Shown here one piece after another: positions 15,082 through 26,749 of a stretch of 64,000 bases of DNA. The DNA is taken from assembly GCF_006345805.1 (NCBI RefSeq), contig NC_043004.1, positions 82,770,001 through 82,834,000 on the forward strand. The letters run 5' to 3'. The position numbers and the translations under genes are program-made. This stretch comes from Octopus sinensis (taxonomy: Eukaryota). The stretch's first letter is position 1, and the number at the start of each line of letters is the position of its first letter. A model generated the notes under the pieces. The model was not told the DNA's origin. It made no database searches and saw only the letters and a program-made list of their open reading frames with translations.

Positions 15082-16924
15082 GTTGTTATTATTATTATTA
15101 TTATTATTATTAGCATTATTATTATGATTATTATTATTTTTTGTTCCTTCTTCTTTTAAATTTTAAATTTTCGCTCTCCTTCTCGACTATTCGTTGATCA
15201 AAGGGGCATGCAACATCAACTATATAGCATATGTGGTATATCGTCTTGACGATCTATATCTCTGGCCTGTTGTGCTCAAGCATCTGATCTCCTTTGATTG
15301 GGAAATCGTAGAGATCATAACCCCACAGCTGGTTGTGCTTTTGGGGAAGACTAGGTTATTCGTTTGGGATATTGGCAATGCTTATATCTGCTCCTTTACA
15401 TGTGATTATTATTATCATTATTATTTTCTTTTTCGCATCCAGGTTCACAGCATTACACAAAGTATTCACTATATGCAGTTTCAGGGCGTCGACCAGGAGG
15501 TTGTTGCGAAGGTAAATAAATTTTATGCTTGATTTTTCTCTTATCTAACTACAATTTTAAGTTATTCATCAGCGCATTATGTATGTATATATATAAAAAT
15601 AAATAAATGCGCCCTTTTTAAAGACTAGCCAGGCTCATGGGTCTATTTTCTCGGTTTCTATGGCATATGTGTTCCCCTGTTGGACAGGACGCCAGTCTAT
15701 CGCAGCCTTACCATTTTGCCAGCTTAGTGGACTGGAGCAACGTGAAATGAAGTGTTTTGCTCAAGAATACAACGCGTCGCCCGGTCCAGGAATCGAAACC
15801 ACAATCTTACGATCTTCATGCTGACACTCTAACCACTAGGCCACACGCCTCCACATATATATTGGATTGGTGCGTTATTTTTGCAAATGTTTTTCCAACA
15901 AAATTTATTCAACAAAAACAAAAACAATATTTAAGAAACACATCTTTAAATGAGAGTCTGAACGCGTGCAGACCAAATGGGAAGTAGTAATTGAAGTAGA
16001 TGGTGAATATGCTCCGGAACAATCATTTAAAGATGTTGGTGCATTTTAAAGATGGCAATGTTTTTCTTCCCTATTTATTCATTACTTCCTGCAACTCATC
16101 TAAAATCTTCTGATCTTCCTCACATCAATTATTAACTCGTTGGTGCCAGTTGTCCCATCCTTATTGGTATCGCTATTATATTTTCCTTTAGGTTCTTTTC
16201 TGGTTTTATATATAACCATGCGAATAATCATCGTTGAATTTCCATCAATACAAATAGGAATTCATCATCAAGTCCTTAAATGTGCATTTGTTTTAATCCC
16301 ATCCTTTTCTGAATCAAATGACGATGTGTCCACGGACATCAAATATATGAGAAAAGTTGGTGGGATTTCTTGTTCAACCGTCTCTGTTTATGATTTCTCG
16401 TCTTCTTATGTATTACAGATATTAGTTTTCCTAAATCGACTAACGACTGAATCTCATGGAATTGATGTTGGTGGCTGTTTCGTAATAACTCCTTCGTCAA
16501 CACTTACGGTAAATATTACAGTATTTAGTGCATATTTACATATTTTCTCATACAAAGTCGCAGGCATGATCCTGAGTTCTGCTTCTCGACTGTATAATTT
16601 AAGCATCAGACTCACTGCGTGACACCTAGTGCAAAGATTTTCAACTCTAGCCTCAGGTCAACCAAAGAACTCAATGAGTAATTTCGATAGACAGAAACTG
16701 AAAGGAATCATTTGCATATATATATTATGTACGAGATGTTTTGATGTGATTTACGCTGTTCACCCCAAACAGACATTTTATCCACTCAAATCGTAGCCCA
16801 AAATAATAGAACATTTTCTGGAAAGCGGATTGTTATGATGGCAAATATGTTCAAACCTATTATAATTATTAAAATTACCAAGTAAACCGCTACGCAACTT
16901 CTATAATTGCTACAGTGTCATAGT

Positions 16925-16973
<49 letters not shown>

Positions 16974-18359
16974 AAATTAAATAAGGAAAAAACACACACT
17001 TTACATAGTTTTAATATAATTTTTAATATATCAACAGTTCGCTTTCGCTATTCATGATATTGTGGTTTACTTATTTGAATATGTATTTTCTTAAGACGAA
17101 ATTTTGCCCGTGTTGTGTGTAATGATATTTACGAGTGAATTACTTCACAAGTAGAAAAAATAAGGGGAGGTATTTAGCTACCGTTATTATACAGACAAAA
17201 AAAAAAGGGTTTCGAAATATTTGTTAAGTGAGGGGATTTATGTACAGATTTGAAATATTTAAAAAGATAAAAGTTGGTTATACGTGCATATTAAGACATG
17301 TTCTGTATTTTTCAATGAAAAAAGTGTGTTTATTTAAACGTTCTTGTGGAGAGATTGTGTCTTTGCACTTGTAGAAGGGGAAGAATTTGATATTTGGCTT
17401 GGTGTTATCTGCATATTTTTTTATATGTTCACTGAGAGGAATTTTCCTGTATTGCGGGAAACGGATTTGGTTTTTATGTAGAGTGGATATTTTTCTCAGG
17501 GTCATACTCGTCTATCCAAACGCCAGAGGACTTCACCTTAAGACCCATTGTAGCTGGGCCAGCTTCTGAAAGCGACCGCCTACGCAATTTTCAAGACATC
17601 CCACTGAAACCCTTGCTGAAATGCATCAAAATTTTCATTAGCTATTTTAAGATAAAAATGAATTTGGTTTATTAGTGACTCATGAAAGATCGTGAATACA
17701 ACTTCAACCACAGCGATAAATAAGAAATAAAACGCGAATAATAAAAATAAAAAGAGTATATAATACAATTAAATAATTGAATTTCAAATAAATCGAAAGG
17801 AAAATATTGCGAAGGAGAATGTATTTGTTATATGCTTTGTTACTTTTTGGGGCAGAGATATAGCTTCTTAAAAAAAAAAACTTTGCAATGAAATGCGTTT
17901 TATACTTCCTGATTTTATAAAACGTTTGCAATATTCTGCTACAACCGTTTATCTTTTGAGTTCAAACGTTACCAGTCTTGACATTCTGTCGGTCATACTG
18001 CACAGAGCACAATCTGCCTGCTTAACATTTCGATTCGAGGTTCAGTCGCACACCTTACTCAACCATAAAACTTAATTAAATAATTGATAATTTATGGGCG
18101 CCTTAATGAAAATCGGTAACGAATATATCAGAAGATCTTGAAATCATGACCTAAATGTTTAGTGCCCAAAACTTGCGGTTGCTTAACTGAAACAACCAGT
18201 TTACTTTTCTAGTATAAGTAGTAAATAATGACCTTCAATCCGTATAATTCTCTTCATTCACTGAAAATAGCACATATATAACGTCTCTTTTCTGTTTTTC
18301 AGATGATTGGAAGTTTCATTACTTACATACTTGTGGTAATTCAGACAAAGCCATTATAA
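11091..18359 (+). CDS. Gustatory receptor-like (GRL/7TM chemoreceptor) gene A1, 4 exons: join(11091..12041,15443..15511,16419..16508,18303..18359), 388 aa
   Basis: Exon 1 has six hydrophobic segments and ends ...GVHLNKS|GTGAGT. Exon 2 ccag|VHSITQSIHYMQFQGVDQEVVAK|gtaaat. Exon 3 tacag|ILVFLNRLTTESHGIDVGGCFVITPSSTLT|gtaaat. Exon 4 ttcag|MIGSFITYILVVIQTKPL*. All introns are phase 0 and the spliced frame is open (1167 nt). TYxxxxxQ in TM7 plus three C-terminal phase-0 introns are GR/GRL hallmarks. Confidence 0.88.
12605..12733 (+). mobile_element. RTE-clade LINE fragment (copy 56741-56869)
   Basis: FYQALVRTILLYGSETWPMRV*DIKRLESFDNLCLRRIRRVRW matches the RTE post-RT motif LLYGSETW...FDxxCLRRI. 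Confidence 0.75.
13296..13806. mobile_element. MITE with ~110-bp imperfect TIRs (copy ~57435-57945)
   Basis: cgaattagaaatggacgc...tctccgaga..acacac on the left; reverse complement on the right. Confidence 0.65.
14473..15010. mobile_element. ~540-bp non-coding interspersed repeat bounded by (ATT)n on both sides (copy at 59799-60336)
   Basis: Sharp boundaries at ATT tracts; resembles an abundant octopus repeat as I recall it (not database-checked). Confidence 0.55.
15168..15405 (-). mobile_element. Same RLE remnant, shorter and internally deleted (unit I; also ~60452-60690 in unit III)
   Basis: DFPIKGDQMLEHNRPEI*IVKTIYHICYIVDVACPFDQRIVEKESE; lacks the 35527-35640 and 35160-35380 parts. Confidence 0.72.
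15443..15511 (+). CDS. GRL cassette copy 1, exon 2 (VHSITQSIHYMQFQGVDQEVVAK)
   Basis: Pyrimidine tract + ccAG acceptor, 69 nt, AAG|GTAAAT donor; conserved in three copies. Confidence 0.8.
15620..15852 (-). mobile_element. tRNA-derived SINE in GRL intron 2 (copies ~35960-36178 and ~60900-61140)
   Basis: Minus strand gtggaggcgtgtggcctagtggttagagtg...ggtttcgattcctggacc (A and B boxes). Confidence 0.78.
16419..16508 (+). CDS. GRL cassette copy 1, exon 3 (ILVFLNRLTTESHGIDVGGCFVITPSSTLT)
   Basis: tacAG acceptor, 90 nt, ACG|GTAAAT donor. Fits the GRL pre-TM7 pattern FLxRL...G(I/F)xxxxxFVI. Confidence 0.85.
17278..17640. mobile_element. Penelope-like element remnants: GIY-YIG C-terminus (- strand) abutting an RT fragment (+ strand); copies ~37930-38300 and ~62620-62990
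   Basis: Minus strand QIRFPQYRKIPLSEH..FFPFYKC..FFIEKY..LN; plus strand LRPIVAGPASESDRLRNFQDIPLKPLLK. Confidence 0.7.
18303..18359 (+). CDS. GRL cassette copy 1, exon 4 (MIGSFITYILVVIQTKPL*)
   Basis: tcttttctgtttttcAG acceptor; TYxxxxxQ motif; TAA at 18357-18359. Confidence 0.88.
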   Translation: MIGSFITYILVVIQTKPL

Positions 18360-18761
18360 ACGATGTCTCATTTTATTATGCATTTTCGATTGTAAGTAAA
18401 TTCAGTACGAAGACGCCTTTAGCAGTACTACCTCACTATTTCACCATTAAATACCTTTGGAACCTGGGCACATCTGCACTTTCTCACGCAAGATTATTTT
18501 TTCTTAAAAGGTAAAGATGGGTAATGCTGAAGCGAGATCGAACGCCTTCTACCGGTGAAATCTCAGGATGATTCTATACTCTTTATTATCAGTCATGCAG
18601 CCATTGATTTTTCTGCTGGATTATTTATAACTGTCCGCCATCTTTTAAGTAAAATTGTATAAAAATATATATATTCACACAATGATTTTTCCGTCTGTAT
18701 TTTAATTTTCCTGCTACCACATCTGCACATGTTCTACTTGTCACTTTTTCTCATTTACATA

Positions 18762-18767
18762 AATAAA
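18762..18767 (+). promoter_or_regulatory. Candidate polyadenylation signal for A1 (homolog at 39394-39399 for B1)
   Basis: First AATAAA I found downstream of the stop codon, kept in both copies; chance occurrence in AT-rich DNA is plausible. Confidence 0.25.
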
Positions 18768-18790
18768 AAGCACCAATATATTACAGAAAA

Positions 18791-19175
18791 TCTCTCTATA
18801 TATAAACGGCAGTTTGTCTGTGCGTGTTTCTGTGTGTCTGTTTTCTCGTACCCTCACCCTGACCACGGCTTTCAACCGATTCTGATGAAACTTGACACAC
18901 ACATAGCCCAATGTCATAATTCAAAACTGACGCAGCGAAAATGTTGAAAAGTTCCCCCAGTTCTGAAAAAAATCGATAAATTCGACATGGGGTCGAGAAT
19001 CAGAAACCCAAACCACAGACCGTCTAGGGGACGCAACTCCACCTGTTTTAACTCTCAAAAAAAATTTACCATCATTTTTTTTCCATTTTTTTGCTATTTT
19101 TTGGCTATAACTCTCTAAAAATGCTTTATAGTTATTTCCCTTACAAATCTGAGCAACGCCGGGCGATACTGCTAG
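18791..19175 (+). mobile_element. Non-autonomous Helitron
   Basis: 5' TC, 3' GC-rich subterminal segment (gcaacgccgggcgatactg) + CTAG, inserted between A and T with no TSD. Empty site acagaaaa/tacattat at ~39415-39430. Confidence 0.85.
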
Positions 19176-20720
19176 TACATTATAAATGTTCAACCTTGCA
19201 TTTCCAAACTTAATCTTTCGAATATTCTAGAAATAAAATATAATAATGAAACCAATTACTGAGTTCAGTATTAATTTACTTTACAATATGTATGTGCATC
19301 AAAGTGAAAACAAATATTTCAAGGCAAAGATTCCTTTTATTTCTAAGTGATGCATATGTCATTTTATGCAGCAAGGACGAAATTAGTAGATATAGGTTAT
19401 CTCAGTTAGTTCAATCTCAGATAACAAACTATGATTGCATGTATGGGTAACGTGAGTGGTAAGACCCAGATACTTAATTATATGGTTAATCCAAACATGA
19501 ACAAACAGAAAACACAACAACGCGAGGATGTGGAACAATTATAGTGTTCTTGGACGCTCAGGAAAGGAAAGAAAGAAGGAGGAATTAACGTTTCGAGCGG
19601 AGCTTTTGCTTGTATATTATTATTATATGTTGCTATAATCATGGCACTCCGTAAGTTTCGACGACGAGGGTTCCAGTTGAACCGATCAACGGAACAGCCT
19701 GCTCGTGAAATTAACGTGTAAGTGGCTGAGCACTGTCTTGAATAAAAGTAAGAAGTTATCCTAACGGTTTCGGTTGCTGTAGAAAGACGATTTAGTCATG
19801 ATGAAATTTTAACAAAAAATGAATAAATTGTATTTCATCAATGTTCCATGATATTAGTTCTTCAATCTCACTTTTTTTTTTACGAAATTCACATGCTGCC
19901 GTTGTTTTGTTTACTTTTCTTTGCTACCTGGTCGTGGTGGGTTTTTCGCAACAATAGCAGCCTGAATGGCCGTTGCTAGTTGCAGTGACATGTGTGGCAG
20001 CCGGAAGCCTCAGCAGTTGGAATGTTGGTAAGTCAATCGGTTGTGTAATGTCAAGCAATTTACTACTACCAGTAGATGTGGCAAATTTACCGATGATTTC
20101 AGCATGTTTATGGCAACTAAAACAAAGATTGTGGTTGGTTTAGCAATCGATAGTTAAGCATGATTGATATTTGGTGATGGAATTTGTTTCTATAGCGATA
20201 CGTTGTAATTTCATCGCAGAACCCGTACCATCTGAAGAAAATGCAGCTGTAAATATGAATTACTTTTTTCTGGTGAAACCATGGCGAAAAATAGTTTCAA
20301 GTATCATATTTAAAAAGGGAAATTTGAATTATTGAGAGGTTACTTATGGGGTAAGTAAAGATTATGAATTACAAATATGACTACGAATATTCAGAAATAT
20401 TTTCTTCAAATATATACTATAAAACTGGAAACATACATCGTCGACAGAGTCATTCAATGAAATGAAAGCATAGAGAAATTAAAAGAATTCAAAACACTCC
20501 ACTATAAGTTAGAAAAAATGTTCACCATGGAATATAGCAGGAGACAACTCATTTTTAGTAAAATTCATCAGCGAAGTCAACAACTAAAGAGAGATATTTA
20601 CGATGAAGCTTAGTCTTGAAACAATATTTTCTTTTAAGTTCAATACATTCCAAACAGAAGAGAATGTTTCTTATAACGTTAGCCTAAAGAAGTTCTAAAG
20701 CGCATCATATATATATATAT

Positions 20721-21205
20721 AGTATATCCTCGAGTATAGTCCGCACTTGAGTATAAAACGCAGAACATGGTTAGGGCGCTGTACCTCTGTACTCCTTCTC
20801 TAACTTGAGTCAAAGAGGTCTATTAAACGTCCTTGGTTTGTAAAAATGTATACGGTAACATCCTTTATTATTATTATTATTGTATATACATCTTAATGCA
20901 AACGTAACTTTTTTGTCCCTTTTGTTTGCAGAAAATAAAGAAATAACAGTAATAACGTGTAGTAAATGTTGCTTACTGCAAGTTATGGATGATTCTTTTA
21001 TTACTTCATTGCTTTCAGGCTTAGCTTAAGGTATTCTCGCGCCCGACATCACAAAATGCATCTGAATAAACATTGCCGGACGTCAAATAGAAACTAGGAC
21101 ATTGCTTAGAAAATATTTTTCATTTTTAACGTCGTATATAGTACGCACTAGGGATTTTGACCTTTAAATTTTGGGGAAAATGCGGATTATACTGGAAGAT
21201 TTACG

Positions 21206-21208
<3 letters not shown>
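20721..21208. mobile_element. pogo/Tigger-like MITE (copy ~41055-41584)
   Basis: TIRs ccgtatatcctcgagtatagtccgca and tgcggattatactggaagatttacgg, within TA repeats. Confidence 0.65.
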
Positions 21209-21259
<51 letters not shown>

Positions 21260-21260
<1 letters not shown>

Positions 21261-21962
21261 AATAATGAGGGAGATAACTTAATATTAATTTTAATATCAA
21301 TTTAAAACCAGTAGTCCAGCATACAAAAAAACTGAGAAGTCAGAGAAAATTCTAATATATGTGTATATTGGCAGGGCTTACTGCTAGTGAGTCGGCCGTA
21401 TGCTAGAAATAGACCATCAACGATCAAACTACAAGGAAATTCTCTAGAGGAAAAATACAGCGAACACCAGAACCAAATTTGGCGGGCAGGACAGATGAAA
21501 ATTTATATAAAAAACAGAATTAAATGCATACCTCGGTTTCGGCCTTTAACAAAAGAATTACTTACGTAATTGAAATGTCCGTGCTTCTTGAGTGCATTCG
21601 TTCATTGTAATGTAAACTAACCCCAGCTTTCGTGCCAGTACAGACACGTGTATAGTTTTACCGATTACACTAGTGGTAAAATTTCAAATGACTTGGTTCT
21701 GGCGCGCTAATAAATTCCTGAGGCGAAGGGCTGCAGTAAATGATTCACTGCGGTTGGTGCTTGCTACTAGAGAACGTATTTATTTCAATATTTAAATAAT
21801 GAGGGAGACAAATTAATATTAATTTTAACATCAATTTAAAACCAGTAGTCCAGCATACAAAAAATCTGAGAAGTCAGAGAAAATTCTAATATATGTGTAT
21901 ATTGGCAGGGCTTACTGCTAGGGAGTCGGCCGTATGCTAGAAATAGGCCATCAACGATCAAA
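21260..21962. repeat. ~170-bp direct repeats (21260-21428, 21794-21962; period 534) forming an insertion in (TA)n, absent from unit III
   Basis: aaataatgaggga...ccatcaacgatcaaa occurs twice; the homologous site at ~41585-41610 lacks it. Confidence 0.7.
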
Positions 21963-22672
21963 AGTATATATATATATAAGAGCAAAAGCTCCCCTGTCCA
22001 ATGGACGGTGCTGAGTTATTAAACATTTAAACTAAATTTTCTCAAAGCAAATTGTCCGACCATCCCATGGCCTCCATTTCGACAAACACTGATTTAACCT
22101 AAATTTGAGACACCGGCAAAAGAAGAAATAAAGATAGACGTTTTTTCTATGCCAAAGAAAAACGATTTTATTCACTTTATCGATCGCATTCTCACGTGGT
22201 ATCGATTATTGTAATTTTCATCAATATTTATACACGCCCTGATACCGTCGGTATTTACATATCAAATTTGAGTGCAATCGGATGGAGGATGCCCGAGATC
22301 CTAGAAGACACACACACAGACAGACAGAACGAATTTCATATAATATATATATATATATACATATACCCTCATTTATGAATGTATATATACATTTATATAT
22401 ATATATATACAGAGAGAGAGAGAGAGAGAGAGGGGAGAGAGGGAGAGAGGGAGATAGAGAAGGAGATTGAGAGGCATAACAATTTAGCTATTGATATGTT
22501 GTATATAATTTAGTTATTGTACATCGAGTTCTTCCTCTTAAGTGGAAAAAATTATTATAAGCTTAATCCTGAAGTAGCAATTCAATAGTGATATTGTATT
22601 TTTCTATCATTCCTGGATCAAGGTGACATATTCAATCATGTATACGTAAACATACCCACATAAATAAATACA

Positions 22673-22706
<34 letters not shown>

Positions 22707-23797
22707 CATATAACAGCGAGGAAATAAAATGTCAATCCCTTTAAAACGTTTACCACTTTAACAGTACCAGATTCTGCATCTCACTCCATCTACATATTCA
22801 AAGAAGTTTGCCAACGGCCCTTCAGAAATAACACACTTTGTTAAGCTCAGTGGCTACTACTAAATTCAGGAAACACAGAGATGATGTTCTTGTAGCTGAT
22901 GATTTTATACTCGTGGTTGGGTTCGATACCGGGAGAAGAAATTTATTTTAGAGAGGAAAATAACAAGATGGAGAGGGAGAGGCAAATAACATAAGATAAT
23001 TTTTATATAACTATATAAATTTGAAGCTTACCATTAAATTTGGTTGAGTTAAGGTTTACGTGACAACATGCAATATTTATTATTAAAAAATGTAATTTGT
23101 TATTAATATAAATAAATAAAGATTTTGATAAACAAATTAAAAAGAAGAAAAATACAGTTCGTATACCATATGGTATTGTATACTGCGAAGAATTTCAAAC
23201 AAAGTGAGGTAAGGTAGCAAAATACGTGAAATAAATAACTAATATGAAATGGTTTTATGTTTTAAAGCAAGTAAAATTTGGTATAATATGTACAAAGGTT
23301 TAAAATTATGGATTAGTAGAAATAAATACGGTGTGTTGGGATAAGAGAAAGGAAGAATTCCATATCAATATATCAATATAACATTATCTCATATATAGAT
23401 AAATCAATATATCGACATAGAGCCAGAAAATGTGGGAGACAAATATACAAATTAGTCTGAAGTATATGTACAGTATGATACAATACACGAATTATAGATA
23501 GAAGTATAAAATTTGAGTATATGAGATATAAATAAATAAAGGTGATAAAATATGTGTATAACTATCAAATAATACGAAGAGATAATAACAGGGGTTGAGA
23601 AACCAGTGAATGAGAATAACAGAAATATCAATTGCAACATTACATAACAATTAATTTACCTCAACCGGTCCAGCTCCCTTTAATACCTTACCAAAATATG
23701 TCCAAACGGAAACGGATCCCATAAAATTCAAATGTTCAGTAGACAAATTTATTCAATATATCTCAGACCAGCCTTCTGCACCCCGATGTATCTCCAG

Positions 23798-23871
<74 letters not shown>

Positions 23872-24704
23872 GTACATACATATATATATATATATATATG
23901 AAAAAAAATATATAAATAAAGGTGATAAAATAGCTTGATAATAAAATATTCTATGAGATAGGTACAAGGTATAACGTATATAGAATATGTTTATAATGTG
24001 TATGAAAGTCTAAAATGATGTGTATAAATGCATAAACGATTAAGTATTGAGCAACGTGATAGGAAAATACAGCGATTGGATAGCTGTGTAATTATAAATG
24101 AGCAGAAATAAATACAAATGTGGAGGAACAAAAAGAAGGGCTCAAAATCAATATGAAGCCTGGAAAAGGAGTGGATCGGATATACGAGTTAGTCTTGATA
24201 TAGTAGTAAAATGAATCAGAATTACCAATTATGTATTTATCCATATATAGAAAAGAAACTTTACCATGTGCAAACAAGTTTATTTCGCTCATACCTATGA
24301 TTAAGTAGTGGGAACTTTACAGAGAGAATCAAAGGTTTTTCGCTTAAACCTAAAAAATATTTTTTTATTAACTTGATAAGAAGGTGCAGAGGTTAATAAC
24401 TCCCATATTAAGCCATTACGCATATTCTTATCCACCTCCCAATGTTTTTATTTCTACTTAATTATAATTACACAGCTATACAATCGTAGTGTTTTCCTAC
24501 CACTTGGCTTAATATTTAAACCTTCATGTAGTTACACTAATCATTTTATGCTTCTATACAGCTTACAAACATATTCTACTTACATTATAGCTAGCACCCA
24601 TCAAGACAATTTATCACCTCTATTTACTTTTTTGTTCATTTATATATATATATATATATATAGCATATAAGCTATTGGGAAAGACTCAAGAGATTGAGAC
24701 TCTA

Positions 24705-25090
24705 TTCCTTGGAGTAAAGGCGAGAAAGATATGCCATAATATACATCTGGTAGATCCTAGAAGGACTTGTCCCAAACTTTGGCATCGAGAGTTACACAAA
24801 TGCCAGAACTGGGCGCCACTGCATAGTGCCAAGGACTCCAAATTTGCCCTCAAGATGTAGGACGAGATACTGTGATAGCCTGGGCTTCCGAGGCCCACAG
24901 CTCTTCAATATCTTCCTGAAGAACTTAAGAGACGTATGTGGTGGATGCAGATGTCTTTAAAATGAAACTGGATCTCTTCTTGTCAGGTGTCCCAGATGAA
25001 CCAACTTCTCGGCAGGACGTGCAGATGAGCGCAGCTGCATCGAACACTCTCATGCACCAGATGGCATTTGCTAGAAAGCATTCGTGAAGT
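24705..25090 (+). mobile_element. CR1/L2-type LINE 3' fragment (copy ~43577-43950)
   Basis: RRERYAIIYIW*ILEGLVPN..GRHCIVP..GPQLFNIF..FKMKLDLFLSGVPDEP. Confidence 0.72.
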
Positions 25091-26477
25091 AAAATCATGT
25101 AGCAACACCAAATGTTGGTGCCCCAGCATGGCAACACCTTGTGAGCTGAAACTAAATAAAATAAAATAAATAAAAAAATAAAAATAAAATATATATTCGA
25201 AAGACAATTGGTTAGTATTGTTGCAGTATGTATGATTGTAGTATTTCACGAAATATTTTTTTACTAAGCCTGCAAAATCTTCGGATTCAACAAGTCAACA
25301 AATCTGAGCTCAAAGATTTCAAACAATGGTATTTTAAATCAAGGCCGTAGAATCAACAAGAATTTGCAGTTAAGTCTTGGAAATAACTAATGACTGGGAC
25401 ATCACTTATAAGTCTACTCCTGTATTCCAGTCTCTCCGCCAGTGAGGATTTGATAATTTATGTATTCATGTTCAGTCTTCTCTGGTTTTAAATATTTAAG
25501 AGTTTTGTTTTGTTTGTAGTTTATGCAGCCATCCTAATACAACAAATACACATACCACAATACCAAAACATTGTCTTTTGACCTTCTCAACCTGAGAAAT
25601 ACGCCTCCAAAAATATTGGGAACGTTTTTGAAGAATCGAAAACAGAATCGCTGGGCCACTGAATATTTGCTTCAAAAACCGCAATAAGTTTTAAACTGAA
25701 AATCTTGGATTGTAATTAGTTCCTTTGTCTGTTCTAATTCTGAAGCACTCCAATACTATGGACATTCTAATACGTTTCAAAATACCCGAGAAAACACAGC
25801 AATTTTGTTGAGGAAAAGGAATAATTGTCGAAATGTATAATTCAAAACTGTTTCAGGTAACGTTAGAAATTGCTCTCCGTCGGTTTTATTTGTATACAGC
25901 TATTCAAGCCGTCAAATTTGAGAAAAATAACAGTATTTTCAAAGTTTGGAAAATTCGACATTCGCGAAGACTTGAAGCTGATTGAGAGAATACCAAATTA
26001 AGTGAAAATGCATAACAATGTGATGCTCACGCCCAACTCTCATTTATTGTTTTCTGCAAAAGCTCGAAGTCTAGGCCATCATGATCGTTCCATCATAAGT
26101 TTGTGCGATGCTGTTTTGGCTAAGTTTGAAACCTGACATCGGCGAATCTCAAAAACTTGGCTTGAAATTTTTTTCTCAACAACAAATGACAAAATGTATG
26201 GCAATTAAGAATTCATTCGAGTGTGTATAGTCTCATCAATCTTAATGGATACAAATAACATTAAGCGCTAAGTAACGGGGAACGTAAACACACCAGTATC
26301 GGTTGTCAAGTGATGTTGGGGGGATAAACAGAGACACACAAACACACAAGATTCTAAAATACGATTTTAAACCATCATTTTATTCTTTTCTTCACATATA
26401 AACACAAAATTACCCCTTTTGTTTGATTCTTCGGCTTCATCTTGACAGATCAGAATTTCAATTGAATGAATTTACTT

Positions 26478-26749
26478 TATTCTGTTGTGTCTGGGGAGAA
26501 TCATTTTGTTTTGTGCCTTATTATTTAACTCGCTCACCGGTAAAATTTCCACTTATTTCTTACTTTTATTTTCCTAAAACTTCCGTTGCGTGTTGCAAAC
26601 ATTTCAATAGATTTTACTCTACAGAAAAGGTTGCAACACACAACCAAAAGTTTTGGAAAATAGAAATAAGAGATAAGTGGAAATTTTACCGGTGTGTGTG
26701 TTAAATAATAAGGCACAAAAAATTGCCTCTCTCCAGGCACAACAGAATA
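26478..26749. mobile_element. Fold-back MITE with ~130-bp arms (copy 45597-45868; half copies ~6364-6490, 31224-31380, 50943-51060)
   Basis: tattctgttgtgtctggggaga...accggtaaaatttccactt mirrored by aagtggaaattttaccggt...tctctccaggcacaacagaata. Confidence 0.75.

Larger units (their letters stand above)
5850..18790. repeat. Segmental duplication unit I (partial): X1-A1-cassette 1
   Basis: Long near-identical matches to ~50200-54330 plus 55952-64000, and to ~31000-34550 plus 35380-39420. Confidence 0.85.

Noticed and set aside
15194-15532. 112-aa ORF (copy 60478)
   Set aside because: It is the antisense of a retroelement remnant plus an ATT tract running into exon 2.
16140-16622. 160-aa hydrophobic ORF (copies 36463, 61426) as an independent gene
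   Set aside because: Only the 30-codon exon 3 is meaningful; the flanks are frameshifted between copies while the exon is preserved.
19587-19606. Hammerhead-like half motif (minus strand agctccgctcgaaacgtt; copy ~39835-39856)
   Set aside because: Stem II and GAAA are present but the CUGANGA core is missing; a truncated relic at most.
22840-22935. tRNA-like boxes (gctcagtgg...ggttcgataccgg), and SINE heads as tRNA genes
   Set aside because: Spacing and cloverleaf are not supported; the SINE heads run into SINE bodies.
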